Shown piece by piece: positions 1 to 12,261 of a DNA stretch of 64,000 bases. The DNA comes from Mobula hypostoma. Its lineage: Eukaryota. The position numbers and the translations under genes were made by a program. The notes under the pieces were generated by a model. The model searched no databases, was not told the DNA's origin, and saw nothing but the letters and a program-made list of their open reading frames with translations. Each line of letters opens with the position of its first letter. Position 1 is the first letter of the stretch. The DNA lies in contig NC_086097.1 in NCBI RefSeq assembly GCF_963921235.1, positions 32,924,001-32,988,000 on the forward strand, in the 5' to 3' direction.

Positions 1-1749
1 TGGACTCCTGATATCATATCTTTAAAAGCTTCCCACTTGCCAGTTGCCTCTTTGCTATCACCCATTTGACCACTGTAAGATCCTGCCTAATGCTTCCCAG
101 ATTAGCCTTGCTGTGGTTCAGGACCTTATTCTGATGCTGAAGAATTTTATCATGTTGATTGTTTTCTTTGGACAATTATTGTAGTCACCTCTAACCTCTT
201 TATTTTTAAAATGGACTAATTAGTTTTGCATTACTATGTTAAATAGGCTCTCCAAATACAGGAGGTTTTTATTGCATGTTCCATTTAAACCTAATTGGTT
301 GTATCATTAAGTTTTCACAAGTGCCTAGGCTTTCAAATGTAGAAGTCATTTTGGATATTGAAAGCCTGTACTAATGGGTAAATAAATGTGTTTTGCAGGA
401 TAAAATTTGGTGTTTACTTATAATATTTCATTAACGATGCAGCTGTGACCTTGCTGCAACTGCAGCAGACTGGTTTGTGTTGAAGTAATCCTGGGGCACT
501 GCACATTTGTATAGTGATCCAGTACTGAATAGTGTGTTACGGGTTGGCTTTGGGCTTACAGTCTCATCCCCAGGCCCCATGATGGCCAGCTTCCAGATGA
601 TGATGGAGCCACGGTACTTAACCATCGATTACCCTTGCATTTAGAATTTCTGATTGCAATACTTCCATGCATCTTATTTCTGTTCTTAATAAAGTGTCCA
701 GTTTAATCAGCTGCAAGATTTTGTTTGTGATCATGGTGGCAGGTAAACTTAGCATTGAACTACCCAAGGTGTGATGAAACACCATCCAATTCAAAGTGAG
801 ATTAAAAACAAAGCAGCAACAGCTGAAAGGTAAACATGATACATAGGCAGATTTTTTACACCGTATCCTTCGTGCAGATGTTCTAACACTGGTGTGCAGT
901 TTCGAGGGAACCACAACATGAGATCCACACATCAGCGTTCTTTGACATACTGACAGTTGGTCTGAGAACTCTGGAAACATAGGGTGACCATGAGCTTGCC
1001 ATCCTTGCAGGGCGATTTCATAGACTTTTGAACCTCAGGTCATTACTTGTTTCTCATTGTATTTCGGAGTTTGTTACTGGCAACTGGTCCAACAATACGG
1101 TGTGGAACACCTCTGCTGGGTGTCAGTATGAAGTTCTTTTCTTCAGTTGGCAGTAGTGTAAGATTTGACAAGCTATCAACGTTGTTGTGTTGTCTGGTAC
1201 CCTTGAACTCTATGTCATAAGAATAGGCTCCGAGGATAGTGCCTAATGTCGTAACTGGGCAGCAGTAATCACTGGAATTCCCTTTCTGGAATTGAAAATG
1301 GACACAAGGGGCTGGTGATCTGTCACTAGTTCAAAATCTTGTTCGTAGAGGTAGTGGTGGATCTACTTTATTCCCCATACTAGATTAAGGGCTTCTCGGT
1401 CGACCTGAGCGAGTTGCGTTCGGCACTGATCAGAGATCTTGAAGCAAACGTAATCGGGCATTCAGATCCATGTTTCATAGTGTGTGACAAAATGGCTCCA
1501 ATGCCATAAGGGGATGCATCGCACGCCAGTCTGATGGGCAGGGATGGGTCATAATGAGTGAGCAGTTCATCAGATATTATTAGTTTCTTTGTTTCCTTGA
1601 ATTCCCACATCTTTCTAACTATTCCCACTTTGCTCCTGTCTGTAACAGTGCATTCAATGGATGCAGCGCTGTAGCAATGTTTAGGAGAAACTGAAAGTTT
1701 ACAAGGCCCAAGAATGACCTGAGCTGTGACTGATTTTCTGGTTTGGGTG

Positions 1750-2673
1750 TGTCATGTTTGACGCCAAGCAGAGCTGCAGGACGGATGATGCTAATGAGAG
1801 AGATAACGGAAGACAATGGAAAACATTCAAAATGCTAATAAGAGAGAAGAGAGAGATTAACGAGAAAGAAAGACAATTCCGATGTTGGCGTCTGCGACAG
1901 GCCATTTGCTTTGAACCTGAACTGTTTGAAGTTTTATGGACAGGTGATACCCCAGCAGGGGGATAAAAATAGCAGGTTTGCTAAGGCATGGGACATACGC
2001 CTTGAGACCCTGGAAAGAGCAGTGTGCCCCACAAGGTGGTGGGAGTTTGGAGGACCAGTTCGTGGGAATCGGTCAGAGGCTCACAGGGTGTAAAGGTACG
2101 ATCGGTGGGAACCTGGTGTGTGTCCGCCCTTGCCTGGTGCCGGGTTCACCATGGAAGAACGATCGCATCCGGAATGGAGGGGTCACAGTTGGTCACCGCA
2201 GCTGGATCAGAAGGCATCGAAAAGGTTTGCCTGAAGCCAACTGCATCTCTCTCCCTCTCTCTCCCTCTCTCTCCCTCTCTCTCCCTCTCTCTCCCTCTCT
2301 CTCCCTCTCTCTCCCTCTCTCTCCCTCTCTCTCCCTCTCTCTCCCTCTCTCTCCCTCTCTCTCTCTCCTCCCCCCCCCCAGCGGTACAACAACAGCGATT
2401 ACTTCGAACTGCACTAGACTGAACTGAACTCTGCTTCACTTAAGACTGATCATTTTACCCCTAGACTGCAATAGAGCTTGGTTGATTCCTATTACCCTAT
2501 TTCTGTGTATATGTGTATACTATCATTGCTAACCTGTTACATTTATATCCTTGCGATTAGTGTACTGTATTACTTATTTCTTTAATAAAACTTTATTAGT
2601 TCCTAGTAATCACAGACTCCAACACGTGTTCCATTTCTGCTGGTTTGGTAACCCAGTTATGGGGTACGTAACA
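1750..2673 (+). mobile_element. Solo LTR (924 bp) with 4-bp TSD GGTG
   Basis: Starts TGTCATG and ends CGTAACA (TG...CA); GGTG at 1746-1749 and 2674-2677; AATAAA near 2584. Removing it restores the Gypsy pol frame (AVLQAPKPENQSQLRSFLG). Confidence 0.9.
2251..2360. repeat. Perfect tandem repeat (CTCCCTCTCT)x11 inside the solo LTR, followed by a CT/poly-C tract
   Basis: Directly visible; explains the low-complexity ER/SL ORFs at 1978-2439. Confidence 0.97.
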
Positions 2674-3119
2674 GGTGCCTGTAGCACTGCTTTGTTTTTA
2701 TTTCTTGTGACTTATGTAAGCCATGCTTGTCAATGACATGTCCACAATATGAGATTTCATTCTTGAAAATCTCAGTTCTCTCTCTTTGTGCACAGACCAT
2801 ACTCACTCAGCCTTTTAAGCAGTTTACCAAGGTACTGGAGATGCTCTTCATTTTTTTGCGAGTCACAATGATGTCACCAAGGTAACATTGTGTTCCTGGG
2901 ATATCTTGGAGCACTTGGTCCATTGCTTTTTGCCAAATTGCTGGAGCTGATGTGACACCAAAGATGAGATGATTATACTGGAACAGTCCCTTGTGAGTGT
3001 TGATTGTGAGGAACTTCCTGCTTGTCTCCTCAATCTCCATTTGCAGATAGGCTTGTGACAAGTCAATCTTTGAAAACCTTTCCCCGCCTGCTAAAAGTTC
3101 AATAAGTTCTATTCAAAAG

Positions 3120-4785
3120 GTTCAAAGGAACATCTAAAGAAGCCTGATACATTTTGGAAACAAGTCCTGTGGACTGATGAAGTTAAAATAGAACTTTTTG
3201 GCTGCAATTAGCAAAGGTATGTTTGGAGAAAGAAGGGTGCAGAATTTCATGACAAGAACACCTCTACAACTGTTAAGCACGGGGGTGGATTGATCATGCT
3301 ATGGGCTTGTGTTGCAACCAGTGGCACAGGGAACATTTACTGGTAGAGGGAAGAATGAGTTCAATTAAATACCAGCAAATTCTGGAAGCAAACATCACAC
3401 CCTCTGTAAAAAAAAAAGCCGAAGATGAGAAGAGGATGGCTTCTACAACAGGATAATGATCCTAAACACACCTCAAATTCCACAATGGATTACCTCAAGG
3501 GGCGCAAGCTGAAGGTTTTGCCATGGCCTTCACAGTCCCCTGACCTAAACATCATCGAGAATCTGTGAATAGACCTCAAAAGAGCAGTGCATGCAAGACG
3601 ACCCAAGAATCTCACAGAACTAGAAGCCTTTTGCAAGGAAGAATGGGTGAAAATCCCACAAACAAGAATTGAAAGACTCTCAGCTGGCTACAAAAAGCAT
3701 TTACAAGCTGTGATACTTGCCGAAGGGGGTGTTACTAAGTACTGCCATGCAGGGTGCCCAAACTTTTGCTTCGGGCCATTTTCCTTTTTTGTTATTTTGT
3801 AACTGTAAAAGATGGAAATAAAAAAGTTTTCTTGCTTAAATTATTAAAGAAATGTGTCATCTTTAACTTTATGCCTTTTGGAAATCAGTTCATCTTTTAC
3901 TTAAACACAAAATAATCTGCAGATGCTGTGATCAAAGCAACACTTTCAGTACACTGGATGAACTCAGCAGGTCGGGCAGCATCAGTTAGAAACGATGAGT
4001 TGACGTTTCGGGCCGGAACCCTTTGTCAGGACTGAAGAATGAAAGATGGGGAAGGATTTGAAGAATGCTTGTAGCTTCATTTGAAAGACCAGTAATTTGA
4101 AAGACAAAGAGGTGGGGGATGGGAAGCATTGACATCATAGCCCTGAAAACAATGGGTAGTAGAAGGAGGAGGCAGAACCATGAGGGAGCTGGGGGAGGGG
4201 GCAGAGTGAAATAGGGATAGAGGAAGGGAGGGGGAGGGAATTACCGGAAGTTGGAGAATTCTATGTTCATACCAAGGGGCTGGAGACTACCTAGACGGTA
4301 TATGAGGTGTTGCTCCTCCAACCTGAGTTTAGCTTCATCATGGCAGTACAGGAGGCCATGTATGGACATATCTGAATGGGAATGGGAAGCAGAGTTGAAG
4401 TGGGTGGCTACTGGGAGATCCTGTCTGTTGTGGCGGACGGAGTGGAGGTGCTCGATGAAGCGGTCCCCCAGTCTACGTCAGGTTTCACCCGCAGTGGAGG
4501 AGGCCGCACCGGGAGCAATGCTTCCCCTCCCCCACCCCTTTGTCTTTCAAAGTACTTGTCTTTCAACTGAAGCTACAAGCATTCTTCAAATCCTTCCCCA
4601 TCTTTCATTCTTCAGTCCCAATGAAGGGTTCCGACCCGAAAAGTCGACTCATTGTTTCTAACTGATGCTGCCCGACCTGCTGAGTTCATCCAGGGTACTG
4701 AAGTGTTGCTTTCATCTTTTACTTGCTTAGCTATTCACAATAACAGAAATTTTGACCGGGGTGCCCAAACTTTTGCATGCCACTG
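3120..4785 (+). mobile_element. 3' half of a Tc1 DNA transposon (DD34E transposase pseudogene plus IR/DR-type right end), interrupted at 3903-4710
   Basis: WKQVLWTDE, TVKHGGG.IMLW, and QQDNDPKH...[12 protein letters not shown] with 34 residues between D and E. Direct repeat GGGTGCCCAAACTTTTGC near 3752 and 4759; terminus CACTG|TA at 4781-4787. Confidence 0.92.
3903..4710 (-). mobile_element. Truncated Penelope-like element with inverted terminal repeats and a 14-bp TSD
   Basis: TTCATCTTTTACTT at 3889-3902 and 4711-4724; ~3932-4131 is the reverse complement of ~4517-4711; GIY-YIG C-terminus on the minus strand (~4245-4515). Confidence 0.88.
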
Positions 4786-5245
4786 TATATGGACAGAGAG
4801 CAACATACCTTAAAGGAGAATTCTCTTCAGTTACTAATGCAACTTTTAAATGACCAGTACAGATGACCTTCAGCTTATCACAGTAATGCCAGCCAAAAAA
4901 AGCTATTCCTACAACCCAGTACATGGTGTGTAGCCTTGAAGGTTTTGGCACTGAGATTCTTTGTAAGTGTGATGGGGATTTCTGCCTTCATCACTATTTC
5001 AAACAGACAATACAGACCCCCTCTTTCTAAACTCTCCTACTCCTTCAACCAACTGCCTTAAATCTATGTACATTCTATCATTAGAATTTAGAAGAAGCAA
5101 AAGAGAGCTGATGTCACAAAACAAAGTTGTTAGAGGGCTATTAGGATAGATGAAGGGAAGGCGTTTCCCTTGCAGCGGAGTCAGGAACCAATGGCTACAG
5201 TCTTAAAATAAAGGATAGGCCATTTAGCATTGATGAGAGGAGAAT

Positions 5246-6030
5246 TGAATTGACTTTAGTTTTTACATCTTTCACATACATGAGGAGTAAAAATCTTTAC
5301 GTTATGTCTCCGCCTAAATGTGCAATGTGCAATCATAGTAATTTATAATCATTTATGATAAATAGAACAGTCAATGTAACATAGAAGTATACTCAAATCA
5401 GCGTGAGTTAATCAGTCTGTTGGCCTTGTGGAAGAAGCTGTCCAGGAGCCTGTTGGTTCTGGCTTTTATGCTGCGGTACCGTTTCCTGGATGGTAGCAGC
5501 TGGAATAGATTGTGACTGGGCCCATTTCAGGCCCAATGATCCTTTGGGCCCATTTTTCACACCTGTCTTTGTAAATCTTGTGAATCATGGGAAGTTCACA
5601 ACTACAGATGTGCTGGGTTGTCTGCACCACTCTGCAGAATTCTGCGATTAAGGGAGGTACAGTTCCCATACCAGGCAGTGATGCAGCCAGTCAGGATGCT
5701 CTCAATTGAACTCCTGTAGAAAATTCTTAGGATTTGGAAGCCGATGCCAAACCTTCTCAACCGTCTAAGGTGAAAGAGGTGCTGTTGTGCCTTTTTCACC
5801 ACACAGCTGGTGTGTACAGACCACATAAGGTCCTTGGTGATAAGGATGCCGAGGAATTTAATGCTGTTTACCCTCTCAACCCCAGATCCATTGATGTCAA
5901 TAGGGTTTAGCATGTCTCCATTTCCCCTGTAATCCAGAACCAGCTCCTTTGTTTTTTTGCGCCATTGAGGGAGAGCTTGTTTTCTTGACACCACTGTGTC
6001 AGAGAGATAACTTCTTCCCTGTAGATCACC
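5246..6030 (-). mobile_element. Rex1/Babar-like LINE 3' fragment
   Basis: ORF 5602-5994 reads KTKELVLDYR..VERVNSIKFLG..W..HT..VVKKAQQHLFHLRRLRRFG..IESILTGCITAWYG; short tandem tail at 5246. Confidence 0.8.
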
Positions 6031-8593
6031 TTGGAATGTCTTATGCTGGTGTTATAGAGTCAGAGTTATACAACACTGCCCATTCAATCCCTGACAATCG
6101 TGATACCTATGTTAATTTTATTTCCCTGCATTTGGCCCATATTTCTCTATTTTTCAGTCAATTGATCTGTGTCTAAGGTTTCTGATGTTTACCATGTATG
6201 TCCTACTCAGGATTGGACATCACATGTTTGTATTAGACAACCCAAAATGCATTGCCTTATTGTCTGAATTAAATACCTTCTGATATGTGCAGCAATTTGG
6301 TAATTGATTGTGTTAAGTGGTGCTTGATGTATTTCTGGGTTTTAGAAGAAGCAAGGAATACAGAGATATTGTAGGAAATTGGTGTTGAGGAAGATCAGCT
6401 ATGATTTTATTGAATGACGGAACAAAGATAATGGGCTCTATAGTCTTCTGCACCTACTACTTGCATTGTTACTGCACAATGAGTGCTCATATGCTTCTTT
6501 GAGATTGATGTCAGCCATTGTTATCCAAATAATGGCCTACAAAATATTATTAATTTCCCCACCTTGCACCTAAATTGTGATCTGCATAGAAGAGGTTGTC
6601 TAGTGAGGCTTTATGGGTAGAACTAAGGAATAAGAAAGATATGGCCGTGTTAATGGGGCTTATTATAGACCACCTTACACGGTCTGAGGGATTTAGAGGA
6701 ACAAATTTGTAGAGAGATTACAGACTGTTGCAAGAAACATGAGGTTGTTATAGTAGGTGATTTTAATTCTCCACATATTGACTGGGACTCCCATACTATA
6801 GAAGAACTAGATGGGATAGAGTTTGTCAAATGTATTCAGGAAAATTTCCTTGATCAGTATGCAGAAGTCGCAACTTGAGAGAGCGTGATACTAGATCTCA
6901 TATTAGGGAATGGGGCAGGGCAGGTGACAGAAGTTTCTGTTGAGGAACACTTTGCATTTAGTGATCGTAATGCCATTAGTTTCAAGGTAATTAGAGAAAA
7001 GGATAGGTCTGGTCCATGGTTTGAGATTCCTATTTGGAGAAAGGCCAATTTTGATGGTATCAGAAAGGATCTGGCAAGTGTGGATTGGAACAGCCTGCTT
7101 TCTAGCAAAGATGTACTTGGTAAGTGGGTGGCCTTCAAAAGTGAAATTTAGTGAGTACTGAGTTTACATGTGCCTGTCAGAATAAAAGGCAAGGACAACA
7201 TGCTTATGGAACCTTGCTTTTCGAGGGATGTTGAGTCCCTGGTTAAGAAAAAGAAGGAGGTACATAGCAGGTAGCAACAAACGAGGTACTTGAAGTATAA
7301 GAAATGCAAGAGAATACTTAAAAAAGAAATCAGGAGAATTAAAAGAAGGCATGAGGTTGCTCTAGTGAAGGAGAATCCTAATGGCTCATACAGATTAAGA
7401 GCAAAAAGATAGCAAGGGATAAAATTACTCCTCTGGAAGATCAGAGTGGTAATCTATGCCCGGAGTCGATAGAAATGGGGGATATCTTAAACGAATTTTT
7501 TGCATCTGTACTTACTCAGGGACAGACACGTTGTCTAAAGAATTGAGGCAAAGCTGCAGGATGTCATGGACCCTATACAGATTACAGAGGAGGAGGTGAT
7601 TACTGTCTTGTGACAAAATAGGGTGGATAACTATCCATGACCTGACAAGGTGTTCACTCAGGTACTGTGGGAAAGTTATTTGAAGGTAGTTTAATGGCCC
7701 ATGGCTAGTGGTATGCTGCAGGGAGTGGTGCTTGGTCCATTGTTGTTTGTCATCTGTATCATTGATTTGGATACTAATATGGTAAACTGGATCAGTAAAT
7801 TTGCAGATGACACTAAGATTGGGGATGTTGTGAAAAATGAGGAAGACTATCAAAGTGCAGCAGAAAAATGGGCTGAAAAATGGCAGATGGAATTTATTGC
7901 AGACAAGAGTGAGATATTGCAAGAGTAAGATAAGTCTTACACGGTGAGTGGTAGGACATTGAGGAGTGTGGTAGAACAGGAGATCTGGAAATACAGATCC
8001 GTAGTTCCTTGAAAGTGTCCTCACAGGTAGATAGGGTCATGAAGAAAGTTTTTGGCCCATTGGCTTTCATTAGTCAATGTACTAAATCCAGGTGTTGGGA
8101 TGTTATGTTGAAATTGTATAAGACATTGGTGAGGCTTAATTTGGAGTATTGTGTGCAGTTTTGGTCACCTACCTATGGGAAAGATGTCATTGAAGATTTG
8201 AAGTACATTTAGTTTTGAAGTACTGTATGTATATAGCATACAACTCAGAGATTTGTCCTCCCACAGGCAGCCATGAAATAGAAACACCATGGAACCTGTT
8301 CAAAGAAAACATCAAACATCCAAAGCACAAAAAATGGACAAATTGTACAAACGGCATAAAGCGAATAGAAAACACTGAACCACAGAGCCAGTTTTCACCA
8401 AGGTGCCCCAGTCCACCCCAATTGCTCCAATCAAACTACTCAAAAACAGCAAAAAAGAGTAACCAGAATCCAGAAATACATGAAACATGAACTTCAAAGT
8501 CCCCAAAACAAGTCTACAGCCACGAGCTTTGCTGATTAATGCTTGCAACGTGGAACACAAGACTCCTGCACTTTCCTCTGTCAGAGCAGCAAG

Positions 8594-9500
8594 AGTCAAG
8601 TCAAGTCAAGTCAAGTCAAGTCAAGTCAAGTCACTTTTTATTGTCATTTCAACCATAACTGTTGATACAGAACATAGTAAAAATGAGACAACGTTTTCCA
8701 GGACCATGGTGCTACATGAAACAATACAAAAACTATACTGAACTACATAAGAAAAAACACAAAAACTACACTAAACTACAGTCCTATCCAGGACTGCATA
8801 AAGTGCACAAAACAGTGCAGGCACTACAATAAATAATAATAAATAATAAACAAGACAGTAGGCACAGTAGAGGGTATAGTAAGTTGGTGTCAAGCCAGGC
8901 TCTGGGTATTGAGGAGTCTGATAGCTTGGGGGAAGAAACTGTTACATAGTCTGGTCGTGAGAGCTCGAATGCTTCGGTGCCTTTTTCCAGATGGCAGGAG
9001 GGAGAAGAGTTTATATGAGGGGTGCGTGGGGTCCTTCACAATACTGTTAGCTTTGCGGGTGCAGCGTGTGGTGTAAGTGTCTGTAATAGCGGGAAGAGAG
9101 ACCCCGATGATATTCTCAGCTGACCTCACTATCCGCTGCAGGGTCTTACGATCTGAGATGGTGCAATTTCTGAACCAGGCCGTGATACAGCTGGGCTTTC
9201 TTTGCTATGGAGCTGGTGTTGAGGGACCAGGTGAGATTCTCCGCCAGGTGAACACCAAGAAGTTCGTTGCTGTTAACGATCTCTACGGAGGAGTCATCGA
9301 TGTTCAGCGGATAGTGGTCGCTCCATGTCCTCCTGAAGTCAACAACCATCTCTTTTGTTTTGTTCACATTCAGAGACAGGTTGTTAGCTCTGCACCAGTC
9401 CATTAGCCGCTGCACCTCCTCTCTGTATGATGACTCATCATTCTTGCTGATGAGACTCACCACGGTTGTGTCATCGGCGAACTTGATGAGACTGGTTGAA
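8594..9500 (-). mobile_element. Rex1/Babar-like LINE 3' fragment with a (TTGAC)n tail, nested within the insertion that splits the CR1
   Basis: KFADDTTVVSLI..ESSYREEV..WCRANNLSLNVNKTKEMVVDFRR; LLPSGKR..NSFFPQAIRLLN; (AGTCA)n array at ~8594-8633. Confidence 0.85.
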
Positions 9501-10154
9501 CATAGGCAGGCAACATCAAATACCCACCTGTACTCTGCTCTCGTCTTTGTGACTTTAACCTTGCACAATTAGAGAGAAGCAATAGAGTCAGTCATTGCCT
9601 CACGCCTTACATCCAGGCTTCCAGGTCACTGGGCTGCACACTCTGCTCCCAAACTCCCTGAACTTCCTCAGACACAGCAAAGTGCTGGATTGCTCAATTA
9701 GCCCAAAAACACACCATCAAAATGTACTGTAAATCACAGGTTCCAATTGTGTGCAACTTTGTAGAAGATTGAAAGAGCGCTGAGGAAATTTATAAGGATG
9801 TTGCTAGGACTTAAGGACCTGAGTGATAGGGAAAGGTTGAATAAGTTAGGATTTTATTTCCCAGGATATAGAAGACAGAGGGGAAATTTGATAGAGGTAT
9901 ACATAATTATGAGAGGTATAGATAGGGTAAATGCAAGCAGGTTTTTCCACTGAGGTTGGGTGAGACTACAATTAGAGGTCATGGGTTAAGGGTGAAAGGT
10001 GAAATGTTTAAGGGGAACATTTTCACTCAGAAGGTGGTGAGGGTATGGAACAAACTGCAAGCGGAAGTGGTGGATGCAGGTTTCATTTCATCATTTAAGA
10101 GAAATTTGGATAGTATATGGATGGGAGGGGGATGGTGTGCTATGGTCTGGGTAT

Positions 10155-10880
10155 CAGTTTCAAAGGTACATTTAATGTCAGAGAAATGTATAGAACATAC
10201 ATCCTGTAATTCTTTTTCTTCACAACCATCCACAAAAACAGAGGAGTGTTCCAAAGAATGAATGACAGTTAAGTGTTAGAACCCCAAAATCCCCCCCCAG
10301 CTCTCCCCCACACACAAGCAGCTACAAAGCGACGATCCCCTTCTCCTCCACCAGCAAAAAACATCAGCACATCGCACAAAGCACTCAAGTGTGCAGCAAA
10401 GCATCAATACAGATGCAATACCCCAAAGACTACTTGTTTACCCGGTAATTCAACATACCCCAGGCTCTCTCACTCCCTAATAAGGGAAAAAGGGGTATCC
10501 CCGTTTCACAGCGAGAGGGGAGACATAACAAAACAACTCACTGATTTATGATGTTAAAAGTCTGTTACGTCACTTTTTCCAAGCTCTGTGCCCAAAGAAC
10601 TCGGGTCTCTGGGCACAAAGCCAGCTTGCTGCTTTCAATCTTCCGTGTACTCCCACGACACACCTGATTCCTGCAGAGGCACTGACCTCGAGTCCACCCG
10701 CCTCCAGAGCCACAAAATCCCGGAACACTGAAGATGTGCTAGTGTTCTGGGCTGCATCCTTGGTATGTCGAATAGCAGCCAGTTGCGAGACCCCGAGAGC
10801 GGGTCCCATTCCCGCTAAGCACAGAAGTCAGCATGTAACTCCGGGTCAGGATCTTCAGAAGAACCCTGAAAGGAAAAGTA
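10155..10880 (-). mobile_element. Non-coding retroelement fragment (Rex1-like 3' UTR or SINE-like) inserted in the CR1 tail
   Basis: Interrupts the CR1 3' UTR; begins with a TTCAAAGGTACATTTAATGTCAGAG tail resembling other LINE 3' ends in the window. Confidence 0.5.
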
Positions 10881-10968
10881 GTTGATGGAAGATGAATGAT
10901 TCAGCACTGATTAGGGAGCTGAAGGGCCTGTGTCTGTGCTGTCAGGTTCTATGACTCTGTTAGTTATC

Positions 10969-11560
10969 ATTGAGGCCCTCCATTGGTCAGGATTGACTGC
11001 CGATGTTGTACTCTAGCTTACTATGTCGATACACAAGCCACTACATAAGCTAGGACAGTATGATATGGAGAGTAAGCTGCTGCCCATGCAGCTGATGTAT
11101 CCAAAGGAATGGCAGGGACCAATACAGTTTGGTACCAACAGTGTCACAGGAGGTGCCAGTTAGCATTGAACTTTTGAACTTAAGCTCTGAATTTTACTCG
11201 GGGTTTATTTCCAAAGCTTTTCCCATGAGTGGGTATAGCCAAAAGGTAGCAGAGGTTTGAGATCAGAGTTTTCCTTCTTCTGGTTGGGCTGCCAACCATA
11301 GCTGATGAGCCCCATCTGCCTGAAGTAACTGGACTTAAGGTACCAGTAACCCATCTTTGTTCCTTCTCTTATCAGTAGAAACAGTTTCACCAGGCTTAGA
11401 TGCTAGCCGCATGTGAAGGCCAGGAGCTGGACTTGTTTGTCAGAGGGTACTTGAGACGCACACCATTGTGAGCTTTTAAGAGATAGTGAGAGCTTATCCT
11501 CTCTAGCCCCCCCCCCCCCCACTCAACTAAACCCCAGCTATGACAACTTTAAGGGACTGA
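10969..11560 (-). mobile_element. Non-autonomous, probably RTE-derived element with a 9-bp TSD
   Basis: TTAGTTATC at 10960-10968 and 11561-11569. The minus strand has GGCAGCCCAACCAGAAGAAGGAAAACTCTGATCTCAAACC, which I recall as resembling RTE 5' regions (unverified). Confidence 0.5.
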
Positions 11561-11792
11561 TTAGTTATCTTGTTTACCGAACACAGAACAGTACTTTACA
11601 GGAACAGGCTTTTCGGTGCATGATGTGCGGAACTAATTAAAAGGTAGTTACATAGCTAACTAAGCAAATCTCTTCTGCTTACACAATGTCCATATCCCGC
11701 CATTCACTGCATGTTTATGTGCCTAACAAAGAGCCTTTTAGATGTCTGTATTGAATTTCTCTCCAATCCCACCCTTGACAGCACATTCTAGG

Positions 11793-12261
11793 CAATGCTT
11801 CCTCTAAGGTGTGCACATGTATGCACACACACATCTTTTGCCACTTGCGCACAAAGGAATTTAAACTGTGCACAAAAGGTTATCACCCTCTACCTTGTCG
11901 GCATGTTAAGTATATTTCACGATCGTACACAATCACATTTCCTTTTCCTGTTTCTGATGCGAAAGGTGTTGACAAGGTGGAGTTTACGATGATTTGTCTG
12001 CAGATTTTAGAACTGGCTTATTTATTCTGTTTTTAATGAAGAAATTATTGATTCACCATGTCAAATTCCAAAGAAGCAAGGGCGTGAAGCACATGAGGAC
12101 TGCTAGTTAATTTAAAGTGGAATGGCATATTACCCTTCAAATAGCTTCAGGTTTACTTCCATTTAAAAATTCAGAGCGCACATATTGTTATCACTGGGCA
12201 AAAAATTGTACAGTACAAGATTTTTGCATGCACTGGTCATTAAAAATTAGAGGGAACATTG
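11793..12261. mobile_element. hAT-type MITE (469 bp) inserted in a minus-strand CR1 3' fragment (~11580-12560)
   Basis: TIRs CAATGCTTCCTCTAA / TTAGAGGGAACATTG; 8-bp TSD ATTCTAGG (11785-11792) / ATTCCAGG (12262-12269); no ORF. Confidence 0.85.

Larger units (their letters stand above)
430..3100 (-). mobile_element. Decayed Ty3/Gypsy LTR-retrotransposon pol (RT-RNase H-integrase), split by a solo LTR
   Basis: RT: DLSQAYLQM..TINTHKGLFQY..FGVTSAPAIWQ..YLGD (2807-3070). RNase H-like: LACDASPYGIGAILSH..PITFASRSL (1380-1600). QLRSFLGLVN near 1700-1740; integrase N-region VVVPSKL near 900. Contains stops and frameshifts. Confidence 0.9.
6590..10958 (+). mobile_element. CR1-type LINE (endonuclease to 3' tail), fragmented by insertions at ~8199-9763 and ~10155-10880
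   Basis: GDFN and [50 protein letters not shown]. The sequence resumes at 9764 (candidate TSD GAAGATT at 8192/9764) and ends in the tail GAAGGGCCTGTGTCTGTGCTG..CTATGACTCT. Confidence 0.88.

Noticed and set aside
1978..2439. Several overlapping ORFs with ER/SLP repeats
   Set aside because: They arise from the stop-free (CTCCCTCTCT)n array within an LTR.
8594..8633. (AGTCA)n array and other short repeats as CRISPR-like arrays
   Set aside because: No spacers and eukaryotic context; these are LINE 3' tandem tails.
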